Virus record (IMG/VR): IMGVR_UViG_3300020045_011333
Location: 32,001 to 96,000 of that record
DNA length: 64,000 nucleotides
Direction: 5' to 3' (one strand)
Origin: a virus
Part shown: positions 52,417 to 61,490 of the stretch, one piece after another
Layout: every line of letters starts with the position of its first letter
Position numbering within the stretch: position 1 is the first letter of the stretch
The notes under the pieces: model-generated
Told to the model about the DNA's origin: nothing
The model's input: the letters and a program-made list of their open reading frames with translations, nothing else
Database searches by the model: none
Made by a program: the position numbers and the translations under genes

Positions 52417-52847
52417 TGTCAGCATTAGATGAAGTACGACAAGCCATTACTACCAAATTATCTACATCAGGATTTCATTCCACGTTTCCTAATGTATCTA
52501 TTGCCATGCCTAACCAACCATTTACCGCTCCAACTGATAAAACTTATGTTAGGCTTTCTATTATTCATGGTGACTCAATCCAAGCTCAACTCTCCACAAC
52601 AAACGAAGTAGATCGCCATGTAGGCATACTTCAGTTTGATGTGGTTGTTCCGCTAGATGTTGGAACAAAAAATCAAAACGATGTAGCAGATTATTTAGGT
52701 AAAATCTTCAGACGATCAAGCCTTGTTACCCCTACAGCCGGTACTTTAATTTTTAAAACCCCCAATAATTTAGTAGTAGGACAAGAACGTGGGGCAGATA
52801 GAATAGTTGTTAGGCTTCCTTTTAGAAGAGACGAGCAGTTAAATTAA
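52416..52847 (+). CDS. Tail terminator protein (DUF4128-like)
   Basis: PN.PF.P...YVRL.I..G......G..QFDV.VP...GT. Confidence 0.75.
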   Translation: MSALDEVRQAITTKLSTSGFHSTFPNVSIAMPNQPFTAPTDKTYVRLSIIHGDSIQAQLSTTNEVDRHVGILQFDVVVPLDVGTKNQNDVADYLGKIFRRSSLVTPTAGTLIFKTPNNLVVGQERGADRIVVRLPFRRDEQLN

Positions 52848-52962
52848 TGTACAAACAATAATTTACTTGACTTTTTTAAATAAATGTAGTATTATGTGGA
52901 AATAATCAAAAGTTAAATGGGCCACTTAAGAAGCCCTATTATAATAATTTGGAGACATTAAA

Positions 52963-54807
52963 GTGGCTAACTTTGCAGACAGCAATCGTGCTGGCATTAA
53001 ACTTATTCAAGAGAATAACCTTACTTGGGGCGTAACACCTACCACAGGTAAAACACGCAATATTCGTATCACTTCTTCTTCCCTAGTTGCTGAAAAAGAG
53101 ACAGTTGTTTCTGATGAACTTCGTTCTGATCGTATGGTTAGTTCTGTTGTGGAAGTTTCGGCACAAACTACTGGTGATATTAACTACGAATTTAGTGCTG
53201 GTTCCCATGATATTCTCATGCAAGCCTTCCTTTTAGGACTTTGGACTCGTCCTATGGAATTTGATTATTTCAAGGGTAACGTCGCTTGGGGAACTACGAG
53301 CCGAATCGACCTTTCAGGTGGTGATTACAGAGACTACTTTACTGTTGGCCGTAGAATTAAAACTACAGGCTTTACAAATCCATCTAATAACAAATATAAT
53401 GAAATTGCCTCTATGGCATTTACGGGTGGTGTTACACAAATTACAGTGACCACAACTAATGCTGTAGTTGAAGCTGCTTCTGCCTTCACGAAAGTACAAG
53501 ATGCTAACGATGTTATTATTCTTAACAGTACTGCTATTCGTTTCGGAACTACTGGCGCTTCAACAATTGACTCAAATGGTACTAACGCCTTTGCCGCTGC
53601 CATCACTGCCGGTAATCTTGTTGCGGGCCAGAACATCTATGTAGACAATGGATCTGGCCGCGAAACTGGCTCTTACTCCTTTGCTACTAATGCTAGTGAT
53701 AATGATACTTTCACTATAAGTGATGGTATCAATTCTGTTATCTTTGAATTAGATGCAGGTACTGGCGTGATTCCAGGAAATCAAAGCGTAGCTCTGGGAG
53801 GAACCGGTACACTTACTGCTACTAATCTAGCTGCTGCTATTAATACGGCTCGTGTTGACGGGCGTCTTCAAGTTAAAGCTGTTGCCGCCACAACTACTGT
53901 TACTATTACTAATCTTCGTCGCGGCGGTGGATCACTTACTAAAGTTTCCGTAAACGGAACTGTAACAAACTTCACTGGCGGTATTGCAGGTTCTGGCGGC
54001 TTCTTCAAGATCGTTGCGGTAGCTGATGACGTGCTAACTGTATCACCTGCGCCAACAACTGATGCAAATGCTGGCGCTGCTGCTGTAACTATTAAAGGTT
54101 CAATGCTGCGCAATCCTGACGGAACGGGAACTCTACCACATCAGCAAATTGTGGCTCAAAGTTTTACGGCTGAAACTGGATTTGCTGACGTTAATCAGTA
54201 TTTCACTCACAATGGCTTACGTGTTGGTTCGTTCTCTATGGATGTTTCAACCGGCGCTATTGTTACCGGAACTTATGCTTTCGAAGGTAAAGAAACAAAG
54301 AGACTATTAACGGGTACTACTTTCTTAGGAGCAACTCCGTTTACGCCACTTAAAACTACTGCTACTGAAGTCATGAATTCTACAACGAATGTTGGATTAA
54401 TTGAAAAAGATGGTGTAGAACTAAGTTCTGCACTTCAATCAATTGCTCTTGAAGGTGATGCAACGCTTCGTCAACAACCAGCCGTAGGTTCTAAGTTCGC
54501 TCGTGGTATCGGTACTGGTCGTTTTAATCTAACTGGTACTGTTACAGCTTATTTTGAAAATGGCGCTCTTTACGATGACTTCATTACCCATGATACGGCC
54601 TCTCTAGCTTTTCGCTTTACTGATATTGATGGCAATACTTATAAGTATACTCTACCAGCGGTTAAGTTTACTAGTGATGCTATTGCACCTTCAGGCATTG
54701 ACCAAGATGTTGTTGAACCTCTTGAATTCACAGCGTTCCGCGATGGGACAACCGGCACTATGTTCCAGATCGATAGATGGAGCGACATTAAGAACGTCTC
54801 TGCTTAA
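52963..54807 (+). CDS. Tail tube protein (Phage_tube_2-like) with internal insertions
   Basis: E.TWGVTP...R.TS..L.......S.E.RSDR...GDIN.EFS; C-terminal G.F..TG.V..YF. Confidence 0.85.
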   Translation: MANFADSNRAGIKLIQENNLTWGVTPTTGKTRNIRITSSSLVAEKETVVSDELRSDRMVSSVVEVSAQTTGDINYEFSAGSHDILMQAFLLGLWTRPMEFDYFKGNVAWGTTSRIDLSGGDYRDYFTVGRRIKTTGFTNPSNNKYNEIASMAFTGGVTQITVTTTNAVVEAASAFTKVQDANDVIILNSTAIRFGTTGASTIDSNGTNAFAAAITAGNLVAGQNIYVDNGSGRETGSYSFATNASDNDTFTISDGINSVIFELDAGTGVIPGNQSVALGGTGTLTATNLAAAINTARVDGRLQVKAVAATTTVTITNLRRGGGSLTKVSVNGTVTNFTGGIAGSGGFFKIVAVADDVLTVSPAPTTDANAGAAAVTIKGSMLRNPDGTGTLPHQQIVAQSFTAETGFADVNQYFTHNGLRVGSFSMDVSTGAIVTGTYAFEGKETKRLLTGTTFLGATPFTPLKTTATEVMNSTTNVGLIEKDGVELSSALQSIALEGDATLRQQPAVGSKFARGIGTGRFNLTGTVTAYFENGALYDDFITHDTASLAFRFTDIDGNTYKYTLPAVKFTSDAIAPSGIDQDVVEPLEFTAFRDGTTGTMFQIDRWSDIKNVSA

Positions 54808-54927
54808 AAATTTAAAGTCTCAAAGACTTTGATATAAGATGGCGGTGGTGTCGGGCTGCTGCCATTTTTATTTAAACGACTAAATCCCGACATAATAACT
54901 TTAACTTTAACAGGAAATCCCGATAAA

Positions 54928-55326
54928 ATGAAATTCTCTACTTTTGCTACCGACATTGAATCCGAAGAAAATGGTAAGTGGTTTGAACTTGGTGAAGGCG
55001 CTAAAATCAAACTTCGTTCATTCCAAAGCGAGCGTTCACAGAAAGTTCGTGAATCCTTAGAAGCTCCTTACCTAGCACTTAAGCGTTCTGGTAAAGGCAT
55101 TCCTCAGGGCGAACAAGAAACTCTTCTAATTAGGCAGATGGCTCAAGCTATTATTGCTGATTGGGAAGGCTTCACTGATGAGGACGATGAAGTAATCCCG
55201 TTCTCTCAAAAAGCTGCCGAAGAAAAACTTACTACTTATCGCGAATTCCGCAACCTCGTAGCACGTCTCGTAACTGACGATGACGCTTATAAAGCTGAAG
55301 CTAAAGAGGAAGCAGAAAAAAACTAA
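54928..55326 (+). CDS. Tail assembly chaperone (gpG-like)
   Basis: FATD...E..G.W.....G..IK.R; IIADWEG; ends at A-AAA-AAC-TAA. Confidence 0.85.
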   Translation: MKFSTFATDIESEENGKWFELGEGAKIKLRSFQSERSQKVRESLEAPYLALKRSGKGIPQGEQETLLIRQMAQAIIADWEGFTDEDDEVIPFSQKAAEEKLTTYREFRNLVARLVTDDDAYKAEAKEEAEKN

Positions 55327-55718
55327 CTGATCACCTTCAGTATTTTCTAAAGCCTACCAGTCATAAAATCTCTAAGAAAGATTCTGAATGGGTTAAAAAG
55401 CTTAAGGAAGAAAGAGGTGAACAAGTTCTCGACGGCGAAAAAGAAGAAGGGCCTAAACTTTTTGAAGATTTACTGTGGGTTTGGCAAGGCTTCCTTGTCC
55501 TTTCAAATTCACGATCTGTAGGAATGGGAGGCCCACTTCATATTACTTTTTCTGAAATCAATCATTATTGTCAAATTTATAGGATTGATGGGTATAAGAA
55601 AAAGACAGATTTTACTGACTTTGTTAAACTTTTAGATGTTCTCTGGATCGAAGATTATTACGAAAAAGAAAATAAAAGAAGAGACGCAGAGAAACGTAAA
55701 AGTAATAATAAAAAATAA
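55317..55718 (+). CDS. Tail assembly chaperone -1 frameshift extension (gpGT-like)
   Basis: Slippery heptamer A AAA AAC at 55317-55323; -1 frame open from there to TAA 55718 (includes track ORF 55524-55718). Confidence 0.8.
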   Translation, partial: KKLTDHLQYFLKPTSHKISKKDSEWVKKLKEERGEQVLDGEKEEGPKLFEDLLWVWQGFLVLSNSRSVGMGGPLHITFSEINHYCQIYRIDGYKKKTDFTDFVKLLDVLWIEDYYEKENKRRDAEKRKSNNKK

Positions 55719-55729
55719 GAGATATATTA

Positions 55730-58700
55730 ATGGCTGATACATTTTCCTTGCGCTTCGAAATTGACGCCTCCCGCGCCGAAGCGGGAGCTAAGAAATTCGT
55801 ATCAGCCATCGCTTCTGTCAATAAATCTCTTGACGCTATGGATGCAAAGGCTAAAGCTGCTTTTGACAAACTCATGGCTGGTGGCTCTTCTGGAGGCGAT
55901 TTCACTAAGCTTGCTAAAGACCTTGGTAGATTAAATAGTGTAAATATAAATCCTGCTGCCGTCAAGAGTATTAATAGCATTGGAACAGCTTTCAAAAATC
56001 TGAAGGCCCCGAGCCAAGCCTCCATCAAAAACATCACATCATTTGCTAACACCATCCCCGGCCTGCTAAACAGTTTTAATGTTAGCGGGAACTTTGCTGA
56101 TTCTTTAAATAAGATTAGTTCGGCAATGGGAGGATTTAAAGTTCCTAGCCAAGGTAAAGTTGATGCTTTGAAAAGCTTTGGCACGGCGATTCAGCAAATT
56201 GCTCCTTCACTTCGCATCGCAGGAAATTTCGCAGGGATTGCTAAACTAGGAGAGGTCTTAGGAGGCTTTAAAGCCCCATCTGAGAAGGCTGTTAGTAATA
56301 TGAGAGCATTCTTCAATGCTCTGAACAACAGCGCTGCAAAGGCTTCTATAAGCGGAGGTTTGGTTAATGGTATTGTTAACCTAAGTGGTGCTATGGCTGG
56401 CATGAAATCACCTAGCGCTGGAAGTGTTAAAAACTTGAGAGATATGTTTGCTGCACTAGCTACGTTTAAGCCAGTAGGTGGAACAGGTTCTATTAGCCAA
56501 ATTACACAAGCCTTCGCTAATTTCAAAGGCCCAACTGCGGCACAAACAAAAAATCTTCGTGAATTCGTAACTATGCTAGGAACTTTAAAAGTTCCAGCTA
56601 ACGCGGCTCAGATTGCGCATTACCTTGAGTTGATAGGTGCTGCGGCCACTCGTGCCAATGCTTCGATGCATAATTTCCGAAATACTCTTGGCGGTTTAGG
56701 TGGAGCGGGTGGAGGATTTAATAGTTCTGCTGCTAGCATGACTACTAATCTTCGTGGCTTAGAAAACGCTTTTAGCGGAACGTTCCAAGCCGCATCTGTA
56801 TTTCGCACCATGATTGGTTCTATTACTTTAGGTACTTTATCTAAGTCTATTTATGATGCTAACACGGCTTTCCAAGCTTTTAAAAGTACAATGAGTGCTG
56901 CTACTGGTGGAGATATTCAAAAAACTGGCGAAGAGATGCGTTATACTGAAGATATGGCTAATAGGCTTGGTCAACGCATTCAGGACATTCAAGAATCTTA
57001 CGCTAGCTTCTCAATTTCAGCTAACCTAGCGGGTGTATCTCAAGATCAAACTAGAAAAATATTTGAAGCAACTGTAACTGCTATGACAGTACTACATCGT
57101 AGTTCTGATCGTACTAAGCTTGCTTTACTGGCTCTTGAACAGATGATGTCAAAAGGAACTATAAGTTCAGAAGAATTACGTAGACAGTTAGGTGAGCAAC
57201 TCCCAGGAAGTGTTAACTTAATGGCTCGCGCATTGGGTGTAGGTACTGATGAGCTTCAGAATATGCTTAAAGCTGGCTCTGTTCTATCTGCTGATGCTCT
57301 TCCTAAATTTGCGGAAGAAATACAAAGAACTTTCGGTGGTTCTTTAGAAGCTGCTCTGAATAACGCGGTTTCACAGTTTAATCTTCTTTATAACGCAGTT
57401 TATAGTCTTCAAATTGTGATGGGCCAAAGCGGAGCTATGCAAGCTTTAGCAGGAGCTTTTGAAAAAGTTAAGGATGCTATATCAGCACCAGAATTTGTAA
57501 CTTTCTCTTCACAATTTGGCGAACGTACAGCAAAAGTAATTACTGTTTTAGGCGATTCATTTGCTTACTTAGTTAAAAATATCGATACAGTTGTTTTTGC
57601 TTTAAAACTTCTATTAGCTTATAAAATAGGAGGATTTATTCAAGCTTTGTTAGGGGGTTTTGTAAGCTTAAGAGGAGCTTTAGTTGCTGGTGCGGCTGGT
57701 TTAACAGCGTTCAGAGCAGCATTAGCTGGAACCGTACCATTAGCTGTGGCTGCTAGAACTGCTATTGTAGGTTTATCCGCTGGCTCTATAGCTCTAACAG
57801 CTTTGAGTGGACCATTAGGTGCCGTGATATTTGGATTAGGTGTATTAGCAACTGCTTGGTTTACTTCGGGTGAAAAAGCAGAAGAATTTAATACAGTAGT
57901 AGATCAATCTAAAGCTTCTCTGGATAGGTATAAAGATTCTGTTGCAGAATATTCAACAATGCAAATTGTTAATGAACAGCAAAAAGTTAAACAAGCTATG
58001 TTGGATAGTCAACAAGTTGCTGCTAAAGCTGCTGCTGAAGTACAAAAATTGTCTGCTTCAAACGGTAGAGGTGCGGGTGGAGGATCTGAATTTACTGGTG
58101 TATTGAAACAATTTAGAGAAGTAGAAAAAGTTGTAAAAGCAACCGGTGGAAGCTACGCCGACTTTGCTAGACAATTAGCAGAAACACATTTTGCTACAGC
58201 CGAAGCCCAAAATTTTGCTAAGGCTATTATTGGTATGGCGGGCGCTCAAGACCAATCTTCAAGAACAACTGAATACGGAAATCAAAAATTACAAATATTG
58301 GATGGCACATTTAAAAGTATGAATTCTGCTAACGCCGTTACGCAAATGAATAATGTTGCTAGCGCTGCATCCGGCATGGCTGAAGCTGTAGTTTCTGCTG
58401 CAAATAAAGTTGTTGAAGCTAATGCAGCAATGAATCTCTCAAATGCGCAACAAACAATGTCTAAAGAATTTGTTGATATTTATAAACAAAATAAAGAAGC
58501 TTTAGCTAGCATTGATTCTTCGGAAAATAGTATTTCTGATAAATTAATGCTTCGTACAGACCAGAATTTAGCTTATAAAAAATCTTACGATGCAATAACT
58601 GCTTATGCAAATGAATTAGCAGGCATTCATAAAAAAATGGAAGGCCAAAAAGGCGCTCAAGAAATTATTGAAAAAATGGGTGACGCGGCGAGCGCTGCTC

Positions 58701-60010
58701 AACAAAAAATTGCTGATGCAAGAAAAGAATTAGAAAAGTTTAATAAAAATTCTGAGGGAATGGACCCCAATAGAAGAGCAAACGCGCAGGCTCAACTACA
58801 AGAAAAAATTAAAGAAGCCGAAGAAGCCGCTAAACCAAAAGTAACTACAGGCGGCGGCGGCGGCGTAACTAAAAACTATGATTCTGACACTAAAGCTTTA
58901 ATCCTTTATAAAAAAGAAGTAGGTGATTTAGATAAAAGATTGAAAAATCATACTATTACTTTAGATGCTTATAATCTAGAAATGGAAAAAATTAAAACGA
59001 AATATGCCGGGACTTCAGTTGCGGCAGAAGGCCTTGTTGCGAGTTATGAAAAACTTAATGCTGAATTAATGCCAATGTCTACAGCTTCTGATGAATTTGC
59101 TAAAAAATTACAGATTCTAAATGATGCTAAAGAGGCTGGTATTGTAAAAGGTGATCAGTACACAGAAATGTTATTGCGTCTTCGTAAAGCATATTCTGAT
59201 TCTGGATCAGGTGGTTCTGGAAATTCATGGATTGATGGTATCAACAAGGGCTTAACTGATCTTACCAAAACTTCTGATGACTTCGTTAATGATGTTGCTG
59301 GTGCTGTGACTAATGCTTTCAACGGTCTTGAGGATGCGTTAACAGAATGGGTTACGACCGGGAAAATGGACTTTAAAAGCTTAGCTTCTAGTATTCTAAG
59401 TGATGTAGCAAGAATTGTTATCCGTTACACTATTATTCAACCTATCATCCAAGCTCTTTCAAGTATAATGGGAAGTATGGGCCTTGGGGGAAGCATTGGG
59501 GGAAGTGCTGGTGGAATATCAGGGGGAGCTTCATCGGGTGTTAATATATTTAGCGCTAAAGGAAATGCATTTAATTCAGGAAAATTAGTACCTTTTGCTA
59601 AAGGGGGCTTGACAAACGGTGGAAACAGTGGTATAGTAAATGCTCCAACTTTATTTGAAATGTCAGGAAGTAAAACTGGCATGATGGGAGAAGCGGGACC
59701 AGAAGGCATTTTACCTCTTAAAAGAAATTCTAAAGGTGAATTGGGTGTCTCTGCTAGTGGTTCGGTTCAAGCCGCTTCTTCTAATGTTTTAGTTCAACCA
59801 AAAGTTAATGTTAGCGTCATCAATAATGGCGGCAATAGTGAAGCTACGGTTCAATCTAAGCAGAATTCAGACGGTTCACTTGATATCAACGTAATCCTAG
59901 ACCAAATGAAAGCGGCTGTTGCCGGTGACATTTCCAAAGGCGGTACTGGTTTAAACAAAGCTTTTGAAAGCCGTTACGGAGCTAATCCCGCCGTAGGTAA
60001 TAAGAGATAA
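55730..60010 (+). CDS. Tape measure protein
   Basis: 1426 aa, Ala/Gly-rich helical; tape_meas-type QMMSKG...EELR.QLGE..PG segment; C-terminal GEAGPE.I.PL. Confidence 0.95.
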   Translation: MADTFSLRFEIDASRAEAGAKKFVSAIASVNKSLDAMDAKAKAAFDKLMAGGSSGGDFTKLAKDLGRLNSVNINPAAVKSINSIGTAFKNLKAPSQASIKNITSFANTIPGLLNSFNVSGNFADSLNKISSAMGGFKVPSQGKVDALKSFGTAIQQIAPSLRIAGNFAGIAKLGEVLGGFKAPSEKAVSNMRAFFNALNNSAAKASISGGLVNGIVNLSGAMAGMKSPSAGSVKNLRDMFAALATFKPVGGTGSISQITQAFANFKGPTAAQTKNLREFVTMLGTLKVPANAAQIAHYLELIGAAATRANASMHNFRNTLGGLGGAGGGFNSSAASMTTNLRGLENAFSGTFQAASVFRTMIGSITLGTLSKSIYDANTAFQAFKSTMSAATGGDIQKTGEEMRYTEDMANRLGQRIQDIQESYASFSISANLAGVSQDQTRKIFEATVTAMTVLHRSSDRTKLALLALEQMMSKGTISSEELRRQLGEQLPGSVNLMARALGVGTDELQNMLKAGSVLSADALPKFAEEIQRTFGGSLEAALNNAVSQFNLLYNAVYSLQIVMGQSGAMQALAGAFEKVKDAISAPEFVTFSSQFGERTAKVITVLGDSFAYLVKNIDTVVFALKLLLAYKIGGFIQALLGGFVSLRGALVAGAAGLTAFRAALAGTVPLAVAARTAIVGLSAGSIALTALSGPLGAVIFGLGVLATAWFTSGEKAEEFNTVVDQSKASLDRYKDSVAEYSTMQIVNEQQKVKQAMLDSQQVAAKAAAEVQKLSASNGRGAGGGSEFTGVLKQFREVEKVVKATGGSYADFARQLAETHFATAEAQNFAKAIIGMAGAQDQSSRTTEYGNQKLQILDGTFKSMNSANAVTQMNNVASAASGMAEAVVSAANKVVEANAAMNLSNAQQTMSKEFVDIYKQNKEALASIDSSENSISDKLMLRTDQNLAYKKSYDAITAYANELAGIHKKMEGQKGAQEIIEKMGDAASAAQQKIADARKELEKFNKNSEGMDPNRRANAQAQLQEKIKEAEEAAKPKVTTGGGGGVTKNYDSDTKALILYKKEVGDLDKRLKNHTITLDAYNLEMEKIKTKYAGTSVAAEGLVASYEKLNAELMPMSTASDEFAKKLQILNDAKEAGIVKGDQYTEMLLRLRKAYSDSGSGGSGNSWIDGINKGLTDLTKTSDDFVNDVAGAVTNAFNGLEDALTEWVTTGKMDFKSLASSILSDVARIVIRYTIIQPIIQALSSIMGSMGLGGSIGGSAGGISGGASSGVNIFSAKGNAFNSGKLVPFAKGGLTNGGNSGIVNAPTLFEMSGSKTGMMGEAGPEGILPLKRNSKGELGVSASGSVQAASSNVLVQPKVNVSVINNGGNSEATVQSKQNSDGSLDINVILDQMKAAVAGDISKGGTGLNKAFESRYGANPAVGNKR

Positions 60011-60013
60011 TAA

Positions 60014-60499
60014 ATGGCAGAAATTTGGCCCGAAGCATTAAATTACGTTCTGGATCGCGGTAGTTTTTCTATCGAGGAACAGGACGTGGCTCGCTCTGAT
60101 TTTGATGATGGACCAGCTTTAGTCAGAACTAGATTTACTAATACTACGACTATGTATAATGGAACAATTACTTTAACTGATTCTGAATTCAATTTGTTTA
60201 GAGGATTCTACAAAAATGCCCTAGCTTCAGGATCAAGATGGTTTTCCATTCCGCTTTGGGAAGGTACTGATTATTCAGTTCATAAAGTTAGATTTAAAGA
60301 ACCTTATCAGATTAGGGACGAAGGTTGGAATCAGTATACCTTAGGAATTAAATTAGAGGTAAGGGATTACGCCACATATTCAATTTTTGCCTCTTATTTA
60401 ATTGGATTATACGGAGTAGATTTTGTTATAAATGAAATGGCTGATCCGCTTCAAATTATTATAAACATTGATTATCCACAAGTAATGATGAATTATTAA
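60014..60499 (+). CDS. Distal tail protein (lambda gpM-like)
   Basis: R..FD.GP...R...T; F..FY...L..GS.WF; position after TMP. Confidence 0.7.
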   Translation: MAEIWPEALNYVLDRGSFSIEEQDVARSDFDDGPALVRTRFTNTTTMYNGTITLTDSEFNLFRGFYKNALASGSRWFSIPLWEGTDYSVHKVRFKEPYQIRDEGWNQYTLGIKLEVRDYATYSIFASYLIGLYGVDFVINEMADPLQIIINIDYPQVMMNY

Positions 60500-61077
60500 T
60501 GACAACATCTGATGATATTTGGGGTCAAGCGATTCAAGAAGCTTATGCTAGCGCCCCCCTAGAAGAAGTAATATTATATACATTAGAACTACGTCACCCC
60601 TCATTTGTGAATGAAGATGACGTAGTGCAACCTATTAGGTTAGTCCGAGATTATGGGGAACTTTTAGAAGAAGGTGAGCCTGATATTTACGGCTGGAATC
60701 TAACTTTAGAGAACGAAGCTCCGCTAAATGGAGGAGAGCTTGTTAAATTTGTCTCTATGATGTTTGACTTTGAACTTCCGGCCCAACAAGAGGGATCGCT
60801 CCCAAGTATTGAAATTAAAATTGATAATATCACTAGAGAAGTCTCTAAATATTTAGATGATTCAGTGGAATTAAATTCTCCAATTGAATTAACATATAGA
60901 GAATTTTTGATGACCGAACCTAATGAACCACAATTTGTTCTTAATGGAATGACGATTCAATCAGTTAAATCAAACATAACTAGCGTTACAGCTACTGCTA
61001 GTTTTGCCGATTTTGTTAATAGAAATTTTCCATCGAAACTTTATCGCCCCCAAGACTTCAGAGGCTTGATTAAATAA
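60499..61077 (+). CDS. DUF1833 minor tail protein
   Basis: AI.EAYASAP....I..TLEL.HP.F; F...LP.....P...I.IDN. Confidence 0.8.
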   Translation: MTTSDDIWGQAIQEAYASAPLEEVILYTLELRHPSFVNEDDVVQPIRLVRDYGELLEEGEPDIYGWNLTLENEAPLNGGELVKFVSMMFDFELPAQQEGSLPSIEIKIDNITREVSKYLDDSVELNSPIELTYREFLMTEPNEPQFVLNGMTIQSVKSNITSVTATASFADFVNRNFPSKLYRPQDFRGLIK

Positions 61078-61490
61078 TGATTGACATTGTTGAGGTAGTA
61101 GAGAACGTTCTTGGTGTTAGGTATGAGTCTGGGTCAATGGGACCGAAGACTTTTGATTGTTGGGGATTAGTTAGATATATTCAGAGAGAAGGTTTTGGTC
61201 GCGATCTTCAAAGCATTGTTCCTCCTTCGGAAAATGTAAGAGAATTAATTAAATTTATAAGAGCGCATCCTGAACACAAGAACTGGAAAAAGTCGGATGT
61301 CCCGGTGCATGGTGGTTTAGTTGAAATGTCAAATTCAACACATCCGCATCACATCGGCGTTTATTTGGATATTGATGGGGGTGGGATAGTCCATTGCTCC
61401 GTAGCTGGCGTAACTTTTGATCCTGTGATTGCTTTGACGTGTTCCGGTTGGAGAAGTTTAATATACTACGAGTACGTTAAGAATGATTGA
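61077..61490 (+). CDS. NlpC/P60 tail-tip protein (lambda gpK-like)
   Basis: FDCWGLV (Cys), HHIGVY, IVHC. Confidence 0.85.
   Translation: MIDIVEVVENVLGVRYESGSMGPKTFDCWGLVRYIQREGFGRDLQSIVPPSENVRELIKFIRAHPEHKNWKKSDVPVHGGLVEMSNSTHPHHIGVYLDIDGGGIVHCSVAGVTFDPVIALTCSGWRSLIYYEYVKND

Noticed and set aside
55624-59709. Minus-strand ORFs within the tape measure gene
   Set aside because: Antisense shadows of an Ala/Gly-rich frame; no SD or promoter
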